Positions 40,300 through 50,301 of a stretch of DNA of 64,000 bases are shown piece by piece; position 1 is the stretch's first letter, and each line of letters starts with the position of its first letter. The notes under the pieces were generated by a model. That model did no database searches and was not told where the DNA came from. It saw only the letters and a program-made list of their open reading frames with translations. The stretch lies in NCBI GenBank assembly GCA_036918135.1, contig JBALDB010000020.1, positions 77,099 to 141,098 on the forward strand. Direction: 5' to 3'. Source of the DNA: Nostoc sp. (lineage in GTDB: Bacteria > Cyanobacteriota > Cyanobacteriia > Cyanobacteriales > Nostocaceae). Made by a program: the position numbers and the translations under genes.

Positions 40300-42279
40300 A
40301 TGAATCCTGACGATTATACATTAACTGCATTTAACACACAGTGGCTCTTACAGCCAGAAGTAGAGATGAAATTTGCTCACTTCCTGATAAATCAGGCTGT
40401 AGATGCTGCCTTCTGTTTAGGAGCAAACGCACAGTTTCTCTATGTCAACGACGCTACATGTTTGATGACTGAGTATTCGCGCGAAGAATTACTCTCAATG
40501 ACACTGGACGATCTAGATGTAGACTTTTCTCTACACAATTGGTCAGATATTAAATTGCAAAATTCTCTTACTTTTAAATCTCGGTATCGGACAAAGGGAG
40601 GTCGGATATTTCTAGTAGAAATATCCATTACCTATGTAAAAGACCAAAATATGGAATTTGGTTGTGCCTTTGTTCGAGAGAAAACTGATGAAATAGTAGA
40701 ATTAAGCGTACAAAAGTGGACTGATGGATTCAAGGGTGCTAGAGACTATTTACAACAGGAAATTTGTGAACTCAAGGCCAAAGAAATAGAACTAGAAGCA
40801 TCCCTATCTTTACTTCGCTCTACTCTCGAATCTACTGCCATTGGGATTGTTGTAGTTAACTTTGAGGGAGATATTCTGAGCTTAAATCAGAAATTTCTAG
40901 ATATGTGGCAGATCCCAGAATCATTGATGCTATCTAAAAAATGTCCTCAATGCAAAGCCTTTTTTGAGAAGCAACTTAAAGATCCACAAGCTTTTAATCG
41001 GCTCGTTTGGGAAGTATCTAGCCAATCTGATTTCGAGAGCTATGACATTCTAGAGTTAAACGATGGAAGAGTCTTTGCACACTACTCTAAACCTCACTGG
41101 GTTGGAAGCAAAATTATTGGTAGAGTCTGGAGTATTTGGGATATTACTGAATCTAAACGAACTGAAGAAGCGTTACGCATGAACGAAGCTAGATTTCGGA
41201 CTTTAGCAGAAACAACGGATGCTAGCACTTTCTTGATTCAAGGTACGCGGCTTTGCTACGTAAATCGAGCAGTAGAGCAACTGACTGGCTACACAAAACA
41301 GGAATTGCTAACAGGTTTCGATTTGCGCCGACTAATTAAGAGTAAAAAACGTAGACAGGTACGTAATCAGGGTGAAGTATCTAACTATGAATATCAAGAG
41401 ATGAATATTCTGACAAAAAACGGTACGGAACGCTGGCTAGCCTGTGCAGTTGTAATGCTGGATGGAGTGCTGGATTTTGGTGGAAAACCAGTCGAAATGA
41501 TTGCAAGCATCGATATTACCGATTACAAATATGCAGAAATAAACCTTAATCAAGCTTTAGAAAAAGCAAAACAATTGAGCGAACTTAGAGCTAGCTTTCT
41601 TTCTATGGTTTGTCATCAATTCCGTACTCCACTGAATATTGTTTCATTTTCTAATAGCTTACTAAAGGAAGAAGTAGATAAACGTACACAGAAGAAAATA
41701 CAACCACTACTCGATCACATTCAAATAGCCACTGAAGAACTCAGCCAGATGTTGGATAATATTCTGTTCTTCTCTAAGGCAGAATCAGCAAAACTAAACT
41801 TTGATCCTAAACCGCTTGAGATAGTTCAATTATGTCATGATATAGTTGCACAAATGCAGATGAATGTTAACCAAAAGCAAATAAACTTTATCAGTCAAGA
41901 GAACTCTTTAATAGCTTGTATAGATAAAAAACTGTTAGAACCTATTTTGAAGAATTTGCTTGATAATGCAATTAAATATTCTCCTGGCAGTTTAGTAGTT
42001 GATTTGAAACTATCATGGAATAAGGAGAAAGTAATTTTCCAGGTAAAAGATAGAGGAATTGGTATTTCGCTAGTGGATCAGCAACGACTATTTGAGCCAT
42101 TTTTTAGAGGTAGTAATATCGATCATATACCTGGTACTGGACTGGGGCTATCGATTCTTAAAACTCTTGTAGACTTACATCAAGGTCGAGTTTCTGTAGA
42201 AAGCGAAGTTGATGTGGGCAGTACCTTTACTGTGATGTTGCCAATAATTAAATCAAAGTTCACCAATTCTGAATTATGA
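40300..42279 (+). CDS. Scytonemin biosynthesis sensor histidine kinase (3 PAS + HisKA + HATPase)
   Basis: Three PAS-like segments, H-box MVCHQFRTPL, NLLDNAIKYS, DRGIG, GTGLGL; cytoplasmic; divergent from scyA. Confidence 0.93.
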   Translation: MNPDDYTLTAFNTQWLLQPEVEMKFAHFLINQAVDAAFCLGANAQFLYVNDATCLMTEYSREELLSMTLDDLDVDFSLHNWSDIKLQNSLTFKSRYRTKGGRIFLVEISITYVKDQNMEFGCAFVREKTDEIVELSVQKWTDGFKGARDYLQQEICELKAKEIELEASLSLLRSTLESTAIGIVVVNFEGDILSLNQKFLDMWQIPESLMLSKKCPQCKAFFEKQLKDPQAFNRLVWEVSSQSDFESYDILELNDGRVFAHYSKPHWVGSKIIGRVWSIWDITESKRTEEALRMNEARFRTLAETTDASTFLIQGTRLCYVNRAVEQLTGYTKQELLTGFDLRRLIKSKKRRQVRNQGEVSNYEYQEMNILTKNGTERWLACAVVMLDGVLDFGGKPVEMIASIDITDYKYAEINLNQALEKAKQLSELRASFLSMVCHQFRTPLNIVSFSNSLLKEEVDKRTQKKIQPLLDHIQIATEELSQMLDNILFFSKAESAKLNFDPKPLEIVQLCHDIVAQMQMNVNQKQINFISQENSLIACIDKKLLEPILKNLLDNAIKYSPGSLVVDLKLSWNKEKVIFQVKDRGIGISLVDQQRLFEPFFRGSNIDHIPGTGLGLSILKTLVDLHQGRVSVESEVDVGSTFTVMLPIIKSKFTNSEL

Positions 42280-42416
42280 GTGTTGAAATCAAAATAATTG
42301 TTATTTAATATTTTGACATTTCTAACTCTCAAAAAAAGTAATTAATCTCATTTCTATTTTTACACTTAGGAAAGACTCAAGCAATTTATCGCAAAAAGTT
42401 TTGGTGAGAGTAAATA

Positions 42417-43301
42417 ATGTACGAATCGTCAAAGAAAATTCTTGTCATTGAAGATGATAACGTTACCCGCAATCTTTATTTAAAGGGTCTTAAAGCTAAA
42501 GGTTTTGAGCCACTAGGTGCTAATAATGGTCTTGCTGGTATTCAACAAGCACAAGAGTCTATACCAGATTTAGTAATTTGCGATATTACGATGCCCGATA
42601 TGGATGGTTATAGCGTTCTAGCTACGCTACGCCAAAATCCTCAGACAGCGATTATTCCCTTCATTTTTCTGACTGGTAGTAGCACCAGAGCAGATGTTCG
42701 CAAAGCTATGGAATTGGGGGCAGATGACTATCTTACCAAACCCTCTACACTAGAGGAATTGCTCAGAGCGATCGCTACCCGACTGGAAAAGCAAGCTAAT
42801 CTCCGATACTGGTGTGCGATTCAATTCGATAAACCTGCAAAATCAGTATTTGTAGATAATGATACTATAGCGGCTGAAGATGGTAATGTTGACGTTGGTG
42901 TTGGCGCAGCGTCCCCAAAAGAAGCCTCCGATCCAGAATCCATTATTTTTCCTTGCATTCCTGAATTAAAAGAAGTTTTTGACTTCATCGAAGCCCATTA
43001 TCACCAAGGAATTACTTTGTGTGATGTGGCTGTTGCAGTTGGTTACTCACCAGCTTACTTAACTAACCGAGTAGCGAGGCAAACAGGAGAGACTGTTAAC
43101 TGCTGGATTGTAAAACGTCGAATGGCAGGAGCTCGTTCCTTACTGCAAAATAATAATCAGACGATAGAGAAAATTGCTAAAGCACTGGGTTATCAAGATG
43201 TATCCCATTTCTCCCGCCAGTTTCGCCAACATCACGGTTTGCCTCCTCAGGCTTGGCGCAAAGAGAATCAGGTTGTATCGGAAAAACAGTTGAACTATTA
43301 G
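42417..43301 (+). CDS. Scytonemin response regulator (REC + AraC HTH)
   Basis: ILVIEDD, ICDITMP and YLTKP; C-terminal IEKIAKALGYQDVSHFSRQFRQHHGLPP AraC signature. Confidence 0.93.
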   Translation: MYESSKKILVIEDDNVTRNLYLKGLKAKGFEPLGANNGLAGIQQAQESIPDLVICDITMPDMDGYSVLATLRQNPQTAIIPFIFLTGSSTRADVRKAMELGADDYLTKPSTLEELLRAIATRLEKQANLRYWCAIQFDKPAKSVFVDNDTIAAEDGNVDVGVGAASPKEASDPESIIFPCIPELKEVFDFIEAHYHQGITLCDVAVAVGYSPAYLTNRVARQTGETVNCWIVKRRMAGARSLLQNNNQTIEKIAKALGYQDVSHFSRQFRQHHGLPPQAWRKENQVVSEKQLNY

Positions 43302-43325
43302 TCAATGAAAGTCACTTTCTCATAC

Positions 43326-44123
43326 TTAGGCTAATGGCTTCTCAACATCCTCCTGCGTCTGTGTTGCAGCCTGTTCTCGTTGTGCAGACATGATTTGTTT
43401 TTGCTGTTCTTGTAGCCAAGTTTCAAACAGCTCATTCAGTAAGCGGGTTTTCATCAATTCATCCAATTGTGCGGGGATAAATTTTTCTAACCGCAAAATC
43501 ACAAACCAATCAGCGATGCGGGTAGGGGGTAATATTTGACCTGGTTGACTGCTAGAGAGCATTTGCACCATTAGCGGATGTAGTGCATTCAGTTCAACTG
43601 GGCCTACTAAACCGCCAGTTTGGGCTTCTGGGCCGAGTGAATATTCCCGCGCCAAATCAGCAAAAGAGTTTTCTTTAGCTTGAATCCGAAAGTAAAGTTC
43701 TTGAGCAATTCCCACATCCTGGGTTCGCAGTAGAGAATAAATTACTTTGTCAAGTTTTGACTTGGACTGAAAAAAGTACGATTCCAGCTTATTACCCCAA
43801 GTCGCTTGCTTAAATTTTTCAATTTTCAGCTTTCGAGTGGTAATCCCTTCTAATTGTTCATAAGTCACACCTTGACGTGCCATCCAAGCTTGAACGTCTT
43901 CTTCATTTTTCAATTGTTTTTCGGCGTAAAACTGCTGTTTAGCTTGGGCTACTTCTTCAGGTGTAAACTCGATTACGACATTAGCAGAGCGTGAGCTTTG
44001 CTCGATCGCTTCATCAACGATTAATTCTCGCTGCAATTGTGGCAGCATTTGATAACTTGCCAGTAAAGAAATCAGTTCACTAGCTGCGATTGTACGATTA
44101 CCGATTTGGAGCGCTTGAGTCAT
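43326..44123 (-). CDS. PpiC/parvulin-type peptidylprolyl isomerase (cyanobacterial type often associated with T1SS genes)
   Basis: YSLLRT, AQELYFRI, FADLAREYS.GPE..TGGLVGP motifs. Confidence 0.88.
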   Translation of the reverse strand: MTQALQIGNRTIAASELISLLASYQMLPQLQRELIVDEAIEQSSRSANVVIEFTPEEVAQAKQQFYAEKQLKNEEDVQAWMARQGVTYEQLEGITTRKLKIEKFKQATWGNKLESYFFQSKSKLDKVIYSLLRTQDVGIAQELYFRIQAKENSFADLAREYSLGPEAQTGGLVGPVELNALHPLMVQMLSSSQPGQILPPTRIADWFVILRLEKFIPAQLDELMKTRLLNELFETWLQEQQKQIMSAQREQAATQTQEDVEKPLA

Positions 44124-44307
44124 TACCTTTAGGGCATCTTAAGAATATCTGGTGTGTCAAAGAAGCTATACCGTAGCCGATGGGAACTTTTGCCTTAGTC
44201 CCACTGAGTTAGGTACGCTAACTTCAGTTTGGGAATAGTTAATATAGTGATTCGCTAACATACTTTAAAATATACAATTTATCTGAGTTTTTATCAAAGA
44301 TTCTACG

Positions 44308-44416
44308 TATAGCCGTGGTCATATAGGTTAGGACATAATAACAAGCGTGAATGTCAGGAAGAGTAATGTTTTTACCTCCTGCCTCCAGCAAGAACTGCCC
44401 CCTGCCTCCTGCTATA
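44308..44416. mobile_element. ~110-bp dispersed element with TATAGC...GCTATA ends (copy 1)
   Basis: Closely similar to 50302-50417; shared tttacctcctgcctccagcaagaactgcc. Confidence 0.7.
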
Positions 44417-44574
44417 AAAACCAGCAGATATAAACAAACAGTAAAGTAGATCTGGAGATTGTCAGAATTTGTTAAGATATATTAAAATTTATTAGATACC
44501 CAAAAAGATAACGTATTAAATACTACATTATTCATGAGGGGTTTACGTATTTCACAACCAAAGAATCCGATCGT

Positions 44575-44991
44575 TTACAACGACTCTAGGTAGCTCAAAA
44601 GGTCTGCCATTTCTTGGGCACTAGGCTGGAACTTTGGCATTGGGGGCGTTTCGCCACTAATAACTTGATGAATCAATCCATAGCGAGACTTGTGCTTAGA
44701 GACAGCTTGCAAACTAGGCCCCACTCGTCCGTCTGCTTCTAAGCCATGACAGCCAGCACAATTAATTTGAAAAATAGCGTGTCCTTGAATTGGGTTTCCT
44801 GTTAGGGATAAAACACTCTTAACATAAGGATCGGAGGCTTGAACCAAATGAACACCAAAAAAGCCCAAAGGGACTGCTAGCAGGATGGCCAGCGTCAACA
44901 AAACGATGCGTTGAATCAATATTTCAGGTTTGGTAATCTGGTTATTCAAAAGGTTTGCAGTGAAGGTTTTGGTGTGCTGAAAAGTTTTCAT
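44575..44991 (-). CDS. cytM: Cytochrome cM (start probably TTG at ~44950)
   Basis: Single CAGCH haem motif, GPSL, TPPMPKFQP, N-terminal TM; divergent from petG. Confidence 0.88.
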   Translation of the reverse strand: MKTFQHTKTFTANLLNNQITKPEILIQRIVLLTLAILLAVPLGFFGVHLVQASDPYVKSVLSLTGNPIQGHAIFQINCAGCHGLEADGRVGPSLQAVSKHKSRYGLIHQVISGETPPMPKFQPSAQEMADLLSYLESL

Positions 44992-45159
44992 TTCCTACAC
45001 ATAGCTTAAAAGTTCTTGATTGTGTCTGCAAGCACAGAAGACAATTTTAATATAGAGGGTCGTCCTAGCAAAAGGTTATAGAACGCAGGATTCATACCGA
45101 ATTTGGTAAAATCAAAAACGGGAAACAAATATTGAATAATTGCAAAGAGGAGACTTACA

Positions 45160-45273
45160 GTGGTTGAACCCCTGCTCTCAGGTATTGTCCTTGGTCTAGT
45201 TTTCGTTACCCTTTCTGGATTGTTTTACGCTGCTTATAAGCAATTTAAGCGCTTCAATGAGCTAGGAGGGTGA
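45160..45273 (+). CDS. petG: Cytochrome b6f complex subunit V
   Basis: Manual translation from [40 protein letters not shown]; gaggag RBS; below the ORF-track size cut-off. Confidence 0.95.
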   Translation: MVEPLLSGIVLGLVFVTLSGLFYAAYKQFKRFNELGG

Positions 45274-45417
45274 AAGAGTGGTGACTGGTGACTGGTGAGT
45301 GGGGAGTGAAGACTTAGGAGTTAGGAGTTAGAATTTTTGCCTTGCTTCCCCTGCTCCCGGTTGGTGAGTTTCGACTACGCAAAAATCGAGCGAAGTCGAG
45401 ATTCAACTACCGCAAAG

Positions 45418-45987
45418 TCAAACCACATCTGGCTCATCCTCCTGACTCGAAATTCTGTAAAAAGTAAGTGATGTGTTGCCGTAAACTTTTTGGCGGCAAA
45501 TTTCCCAATTGGGAATCTCTGGTAATGTCCAACTTTGTGAAGCGTGTTCAACTGCGATTTCGCCGCTAGGATCTAAAAGTTGATGGTGAGCAATCGCTTT
45601 TAAAACTGGCTCATACAATCCACTGGCATAAGGTGGATCGAAGTAAATTCTGTCAAATTGTTTGCCTGATAATGTCTTTAACTGCCCAATAATATCTCCC
45701 CGCATTACTCGAAATTCTTGTTCGGGATTAGCTAAGAGCTGCCAATTTTGTTGAATAGTGGCACAGGCTCGGCTCGATTTTTCAATTCCCACTACTAAGA
45801 CGGCTCCTCTACATAAAGCCTCTGCGCCCATTGAACCAGTACCAGCACACAAATCTAGCCAGTGGCAACCTGTAATTTTTCCCTGCCAAATATTAAAGAC
45901 TGCCTCCCTGACTCTAGCACTAGTAGGTCTAGTCTCTTTACCTGGTAAAGTTTTTAGCTGGCGGTTACCGTAAATTCTCAGGCTCAT
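45418..45987 (-). CDS. rsmD: 16S rRNA m2G966 methyltransferase
   Basis: TRPTSARVREAVFN, LDLCAGTGSMGAEAL, YFDPPY and KVYG motifs. Confidence 0.93.
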   Translation of the reverse strand: MSLRIYGNRQLKTLPGKETRPTSARVREAVFNIWQGKITGCHWLDLCAGTGSMGAEALCRGAVLVVGIEKSSRACATIQQNWQLLANPEQEFRVMRGDIIGQLKTLSGKQFDRIYFDPPYASGLYEPVLKAIAHHQLLDPSGEIAVEHASQSWTLPEIPNWEICRQKVYGNTSLTFYRISSQEDEPDVV

Positions 45988-46095
45988 TGGTCATTAGTCA
46001 TTAGTCATTAGTCATTGGTCATTGGTCAATATTTAATAGTCGGTGGTGATTTTCATTTATTCACAAAGGACAAAGGACAAATGACGAAGGACAAA
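45984..46095. repeat. STRR heptamer arrays (tcattrg and acaaagg)
   Basis: tcattggtcattagtcattagtcattagtcattggtcattgg ... acaaaggacaaaggacaaatgacgaaggacaaa. Confidence 0.8.
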
Positions 46096-46102
46096 AATAT
46101 TA

Positions 46103-46738
46103 TTATGCAGGAATTTTTTCCCGTACTTGAGCAACAAAATTAGACAGGATTTGCAATCCGATATTAGAAGATTTTTCGGGATGAAATTGTACTGCCATCA
46201 GGTTTTCATGGGCGATCGCAGCTGTTACAGTTTGAGTACCGTGGGTGACGGTTGCTGCACGCATTTGCTCTTCTATGGGGTCAACATAGTAGGAATGGAC
46301 AAAATACACCCAAGGATTCGAGGGTAAATGCTCCCATAAAAGACTTTTCGGTTGAGTCACTTGCAGCTGATTCCAACCCATATGAGGAATAGTAATGTCT
46401 GGTTCTGGACGAAATCGTCGTACTTTTCCTTTGATAATTCCCAGTCCTGGTTGGATACCTTCTGCACTCGATTCAAAAAGAATTTGCAATCCCAAACAGA
46501 TGCCCAAAAAAGGTTTGCCAGATGCGATCGCTTCTTTAATCGGTTGTTCTAAACCACGCGATCGTAAATGTTGTACTGCGGGATCGAAAGCTCCCACTCC
46601 CGGCAGAACTATTGCATCTGCTTGCTCTAATTCTTTTGAAGAATAAGTAACATTAGGAGTTGCTCCAGCTTTTTCCAACCCTTTGCAGACTGAATGCAAA
46701 TTTCCCATCTCGTAGTCTACGACCGCAATCACTGGCAT
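46103..46738 (-). CDS. hisH: Imidazole glycerol phosphate synthase glutaminase subunit
   Basis: DYEMGNL, LPGVGAF, GICLGLQ, PHMGWN, YFVHSY and QFHPEKS motifs. Confidence 0.96.
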   Translation of the reverse strand: MPVIAVVDYEMGNLHSVCKGLEKAGATPNVTYSSKELEQADAIVLPGVGAFDPAVQHLRSRGLEQPIKEAIASGKPFLGICLGLQILFESSAEGIQPGLGIIKGKVRRFRPEPDITIPHMGWNQLQVTQPKSLLWEHLPSNPWVYFVHSYYVDPIEEQMRAATVTHGTQTVTAAIAHENLMAVQFHPEKSSNIGLQILSNFVAQVREKIPA

Positions 46739-46814
46739 TTACCTGCTCCTTGTAAAATTATTATGGAGGGTTTTTCTATTCTAAATAATATTCCTATTTT
46801 AAATAATATTTGTT

Positions 46815-47336
46815 ATGTTCAAAAGAATTCTATTAACTTCCTTTGACACTTGGCTAAGCGATCAACAGTCAAATTCATCTGATGATTTATTAATAGAAGT
46901 TACGAAACTTCAGTTGATTCCCCATGATTTAACTTTTTTGCGTCGGTTACCCGTAGATGTGCAACTGGCCAGTTCTCAGGTAATTGAAAATATCAAGTCT
47001 ATTCAGCCCGATTACATCGTCTGTTGTGGTATGGCTGCAAGTCGCACACAATTAAGCGTGGAATTAACCGCTAGCTGTGGAGAAAGTGTTTTACATACAG
47101 ATGTTGATTTAGAAAAATTAGTCGCCAAAGCCGCAGCAATTGAGATTAGCCACGACTGCGGTAAATTTATTTGCGAGGGTCTTTACTATTGTGTGTTGGA
47201 CTACTTAAACCAAAACCAACTCTCAGCACGTTGTATCTTTGTTCACGTTCCGGTTCTCAATGGAGAAAATTTAAGTGGTATTCTTGCTGATTTCTTATTA
47301 ATTATTAATAATTTGGCACTTTCATCTAGTTATTAG
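46815..47336 (+). CDS. Pyroglutamyl peptidase I-like (peptidase C15)
   Basis: ILLTSF, LPVD, SHDCGKFICE and FVHVP motifs. Confidence 0.85.
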   Translation: MFKRILLTSFDTWLSDQQSNSSDDLLIEVTKLQLIPHDLTFLRRLPVDVQLASSQVIENIKSIQPDYIVCCGMAASRTQLSVELTASCGESVLHTDVDLEKLVAKAAAIEISHDCGKFICEGLYYCVLDYLNQNQLSARCIFVHVPVLNGENLSGILADFLLIINNLALSSSY

Positions 47337-47367
47337 TGTCTCTATGTTCAAACTAATACTTAAATAA

Positions 47368-48735
47368 ATGTTGCCATTGTTACTAATTTCTCCCATAGCC
47401 CAATTCACACCTGTTACACCACCGCCTGAAGAAGTGGTGCAATCACAACAAGTGCGTCCTTTACCAGGCAAGTTGGATACAGTGCCAACTTTTAATAGCA
47501 ATAGTCCGGAATTAGTTTTAAGAGAAGGAATTTTACTTTCGACTTTTCCAGCAGATGGTAAAAAAGTGCCAACAGCACATTTGAATTTTCCCTTTCGAGG
47601 ACGATTTGATATTTTTGCTCACCATGTTGCGAAAGCTGAACCACCAGAAAATTTACGTTCTCTTTATCTGGGGATAATTTTGCATAACCCTGGTGCGGAA
47701 TCGGTGAAAGTAAATATTTTGCAGGCGGCGAGTTATTTGAGTCAACCAGATGCACCATTTATCGAATTACCATCCTTTAGCCAAAATCCTTTAGGTAAAG
47801 TTTTTGCTGGGCCGGGCGATCGCGTTATGACTGATATATTAAGAGGACAACGACAAGAAATTTTCCCTGCCCAAATAGACATCCCACCAGGGCAAAGTCG
47901 GATGTTACTAAATTTACCAATTCCGGTGCAGGGATTGACGCCACCTCTCAATGGTCGGTCTACATTAATGCGACTGCAAAGTAATGGTACTGTTTATGCC
48001 GCTAGCCTAGCGATGTTCGCCCAGGTAAATCCTGATGGTAGCGAACGTGCGCCGACTTTGGAAGAGTGGGAAAATTTATTAGATAATGGCGGTCTGGCTG
48101 GGCCGCGCGATAAAACTCCCACTCCCCTAGAAGAAACTAACAAGCCAATAATTTATGGGCGTGTTGCTGGAGTGGTTGCTGGTTCCCAGTGGAGAGCCTT
48201 ATTAGTAGATAATCTAAAAACCAACTATTTAACGATTCCCCAACCTGGTGAAATGTTTTCCTATGCTTTGAGTACCCTGCATGGTGGTACTTTAGGAACT
48301 GGTCAAATTCAAAGTGCTAACATGCTGGTGCGCTATCCTGACACTGCATATCGCGCTCATGGTAACTATGGAATTCAATATAGTTTGAAGTTGCCGTTAT
48401 ATAACAATACCCAAAGTCCGCAAACTGTGAGTGTATCGATCCAAACTCCACTTAAAGAGGAGCAATTAGTTAAACCAGGATTACGCTTTTTGAGTATACC
48501 AGCTCGTGAAGTATTCTTCCGAGGAACAGTGCGGGTACGTTACAAAGACAAGCAAAATCAACCAAAAACAGAGTTTATGCATTTAGTACAAAAGCGAGGT
48601 CAGCCAGGAGAACCCTTAGTTTCATTAAATATGAAAGCTGGCGATCGCTCTTTAGTAGAAGTAGACTTTCTCTATCCACCCGATGCTACACCACCACAAG
48701 TATTAACAGTGTCAACTCAAGCTGAATCTCGGTAA
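47368..48735 (+). CDS. DUF3370 family cyanobacterial exported protein
   Basis: VRPLPGKLD.VP.FNSNSPE, YLSQPDAPF, YGRVAGV, AHGNYG and YPPDATPPQVLTV motifs. Confidence 0.8.
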   Translation: MLPLLLISPIAQFTPVTPPPEEVVQSQQVRPLPGKLDTVPTFNSNSPELVLREGILLSTFPADGKKVPTAHLNFPFRGRFDIFAHHVAKAEPPENLRSLYLGIILHNPGAESVKVNILQAASYLSQPDAPFIELPSFSQNPLGKVFAGPGDRVMTDILRGQRQEIFPAQIDIPPGQSRMLLNLPIPVQGLTPPLNGRSTLMRLQSNGTVYAASLAMFAQVNPDGSERAPTLEEWENLLDNGGLAGPRDKTPTPLEETNKPIIYGRVAGVVAGSQWRALLVDNLKTNYLTIPQPGEMFSYALSTLHGGTLGTGQIQSANMLVRYPDTAYRAHGNYGIQYSLKLPLYNNTQSPQTVSVSIQTPLKEEQLVKPGLRFLSIPAREVFFRGTVRVRYKDKQNQPKTEFMHLVQKRGQPGEPLVSLNMKAGDRSLVEVDFLYPPDATPPQVLTVSTQAESR

Positions 48736-49127
48736 TCAGTTATGGGTAATGGGTAAGAGCTTTTCTTTGATTACCTGTTACCAAAAAATATTTGTCATTA
48801 ATACTACAAAAACGGGAGCGTCAAAATATAAAATATGAGAAACAATATTAAGATATTTAAATTTATAAAGGTTATTTCAAGTTTTTCTCATTTAATAAGA
48901 AAGCTCGCTTTGGTGAGAGCAATACTTGTATAGTAGATTGCAAAGCCCTATACTTTAGCTATTAAAGAATACAGCACTTTGCTTCTAAATTCCTACTCTC
49001 TGTGCAAGGCAGCTAAATTCTGAGAAATGGCGTTGAGAAATGTTAAGTAGAATTATGAAAATCTTATTTTTATATGAAAATACACTAATGCTTAAATTAT
49101 TGTTGGATACTAAGACATTCACTTACA

Positions 49128-49577
49128 GTGAGACTTCTAGTCATGGCGATTCCTGACACTTCTACACTCGATGGATTGCGAGTACTATTGGTTGATGACA
49201 ATCTCGATTCCTGTGTCTGGATGACTTGTTTGCTTGAGTTTTATGGGGTCGAAGTTCATTCAACTTTCACGGTAGATCAAGCCTTAAGAGCGTTTGTCGA
49301 ACTTTGCCCAGATTTAGTAATTAGTGACATTGCCATGCCCGATGAAGATGGTTATTCGCTGCTACGTCAGATTCGGCAAATCGAAGCGCGGCTGGAAAAA
49401 TCTACTCCCGTTATCGCACTCACAGCACTCGACCAGTTAGAAGCTCGATTTTCAAAGCCGGAAGCAAGGTTTGACCAATGGTTCTTAAAGCCTGTGAACA
49501 CAGAAAAGTTAGTCGCGGCGATCGCTAATTTAACAGGGCGGTCAATGTTAATTGATAAATTAATTTCTTCGTATTGA
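49128..49577 (+). CDS. Single-domain response regulator (REC); start possibly ATG at 49143
   Basis: LLVDD, VISDIAMPDEDGY, IALTA and LKP motifs. Confidence 0.87.
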   Translation: MRLLVMAIPDTSTLDGLRVLLVDDNLDSCVWMTCLLEFYGVEVHSTFTVDQALRAFVELCPDLVISDIAMPDEDGYSLLRQIRQIEARLEKSTPVIALTALDQLEARFSKPEARFDQWFLKPVNTEKLVAAIANLTGRSMLIDKLISSY

Positions 49578-49679
49578 TAAAGCTTTTCACCTCAAGTTTG
49601 TGTATTTAGGGTGAATACTTATTCTGCTCCATGCGCTGCAATAGAAATAGCAGACTATAGCAGGCAATAAAAGGACGGC

Positions 49680-50117
49680 ATGACAACTGAGCAAAAATTC
49701 AACCAAGAAACTAAGTTAAATTTGCTACAGCAGCTTAGTGGAATTGCGATCTTACTGGTAGAGGATGAGCCAGAGATTGCAGATTTACTCATCTTTATTT
49801 TAGAAACAGCCGGCGCACAGGTGAGAGTTTTGAGTGATGCAGAAGCAGCCTTTGCCTTAATCGAATCGCTTCATCCCGATGTTCTGCTGTGCAATATAAA
49901 GTTGCCCGTTCGTGATGGAAATTGGTTAATTGAGCAAATTCGAGTGCATTCTAACCCATCCCTAAGAGAATTGCCTGCGATCGCTATTACTTCTTATACA
50001 CGCGAGGTCTCAAGTCACAAGGCTTTGAACGCTGGCTTCGATAGATTTCTAGTCAAGCTTGAGAGTCCAGAGGAAATTGTAGATGAGATTGCTCACCTGT
50101 TATCTAGCGATCGTTAA
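49680..50117 (+). CDS. Single-domain atypical receiver protein (phosphoacceptor Asp replaced by Asn)
   Basis: LLVEDE, VLLCNIKLP (N at the conserved D position), IAITS, AGFDRFLVK. Confidence 0.82.
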   Translation: MTTEQKFNQETKLNLLQQLSGIAILLVEDEPEIADLLIFILETAGAQVRVLSDAEAAFALIESLHPDVLLCNIKLPVRDGNWLIEQIRVHSNPSLRELPAIAITSYTREVSSHKALNAGFDRFLVKLESPEEIVDEIAHLLSSDR

Positions 50118-50140
50118 ATATATATAGCAATCCTATTTTA

Positions 50141-50248
50141 AAGGAACTTCAACAAATAAATTATTCCGTTTGAAGTTGCTGACTAATGACTGATGAGTGA
50201 TGACTGATGACTATGAACAGTGGGATATTTTTTATTTGTTAGTCCGTA
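50141..50248. mobile_element. MITE-like element, AGGAACT family
   Basis: aggaacttcaacaaataaattattccgtttgaagttgctgac...gaacagtgggatattttttatttgttagtcc; homologous to 39263-39372. Confidence 0.65.
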
Positions 50249-50301
50249 GAGAATATTTATCAAGTAAATTTTAAGTAGTAGCGTAGCAAGGCTAAATATG
50301 T

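Noticed and set aside
45055..45110. tRNA-like fragment (tagcaaaaggtta...gattcatac)
   Set aside because: No T-arm GTTCRA and no acceptor stem; lies in the cytM-petG promoter region.
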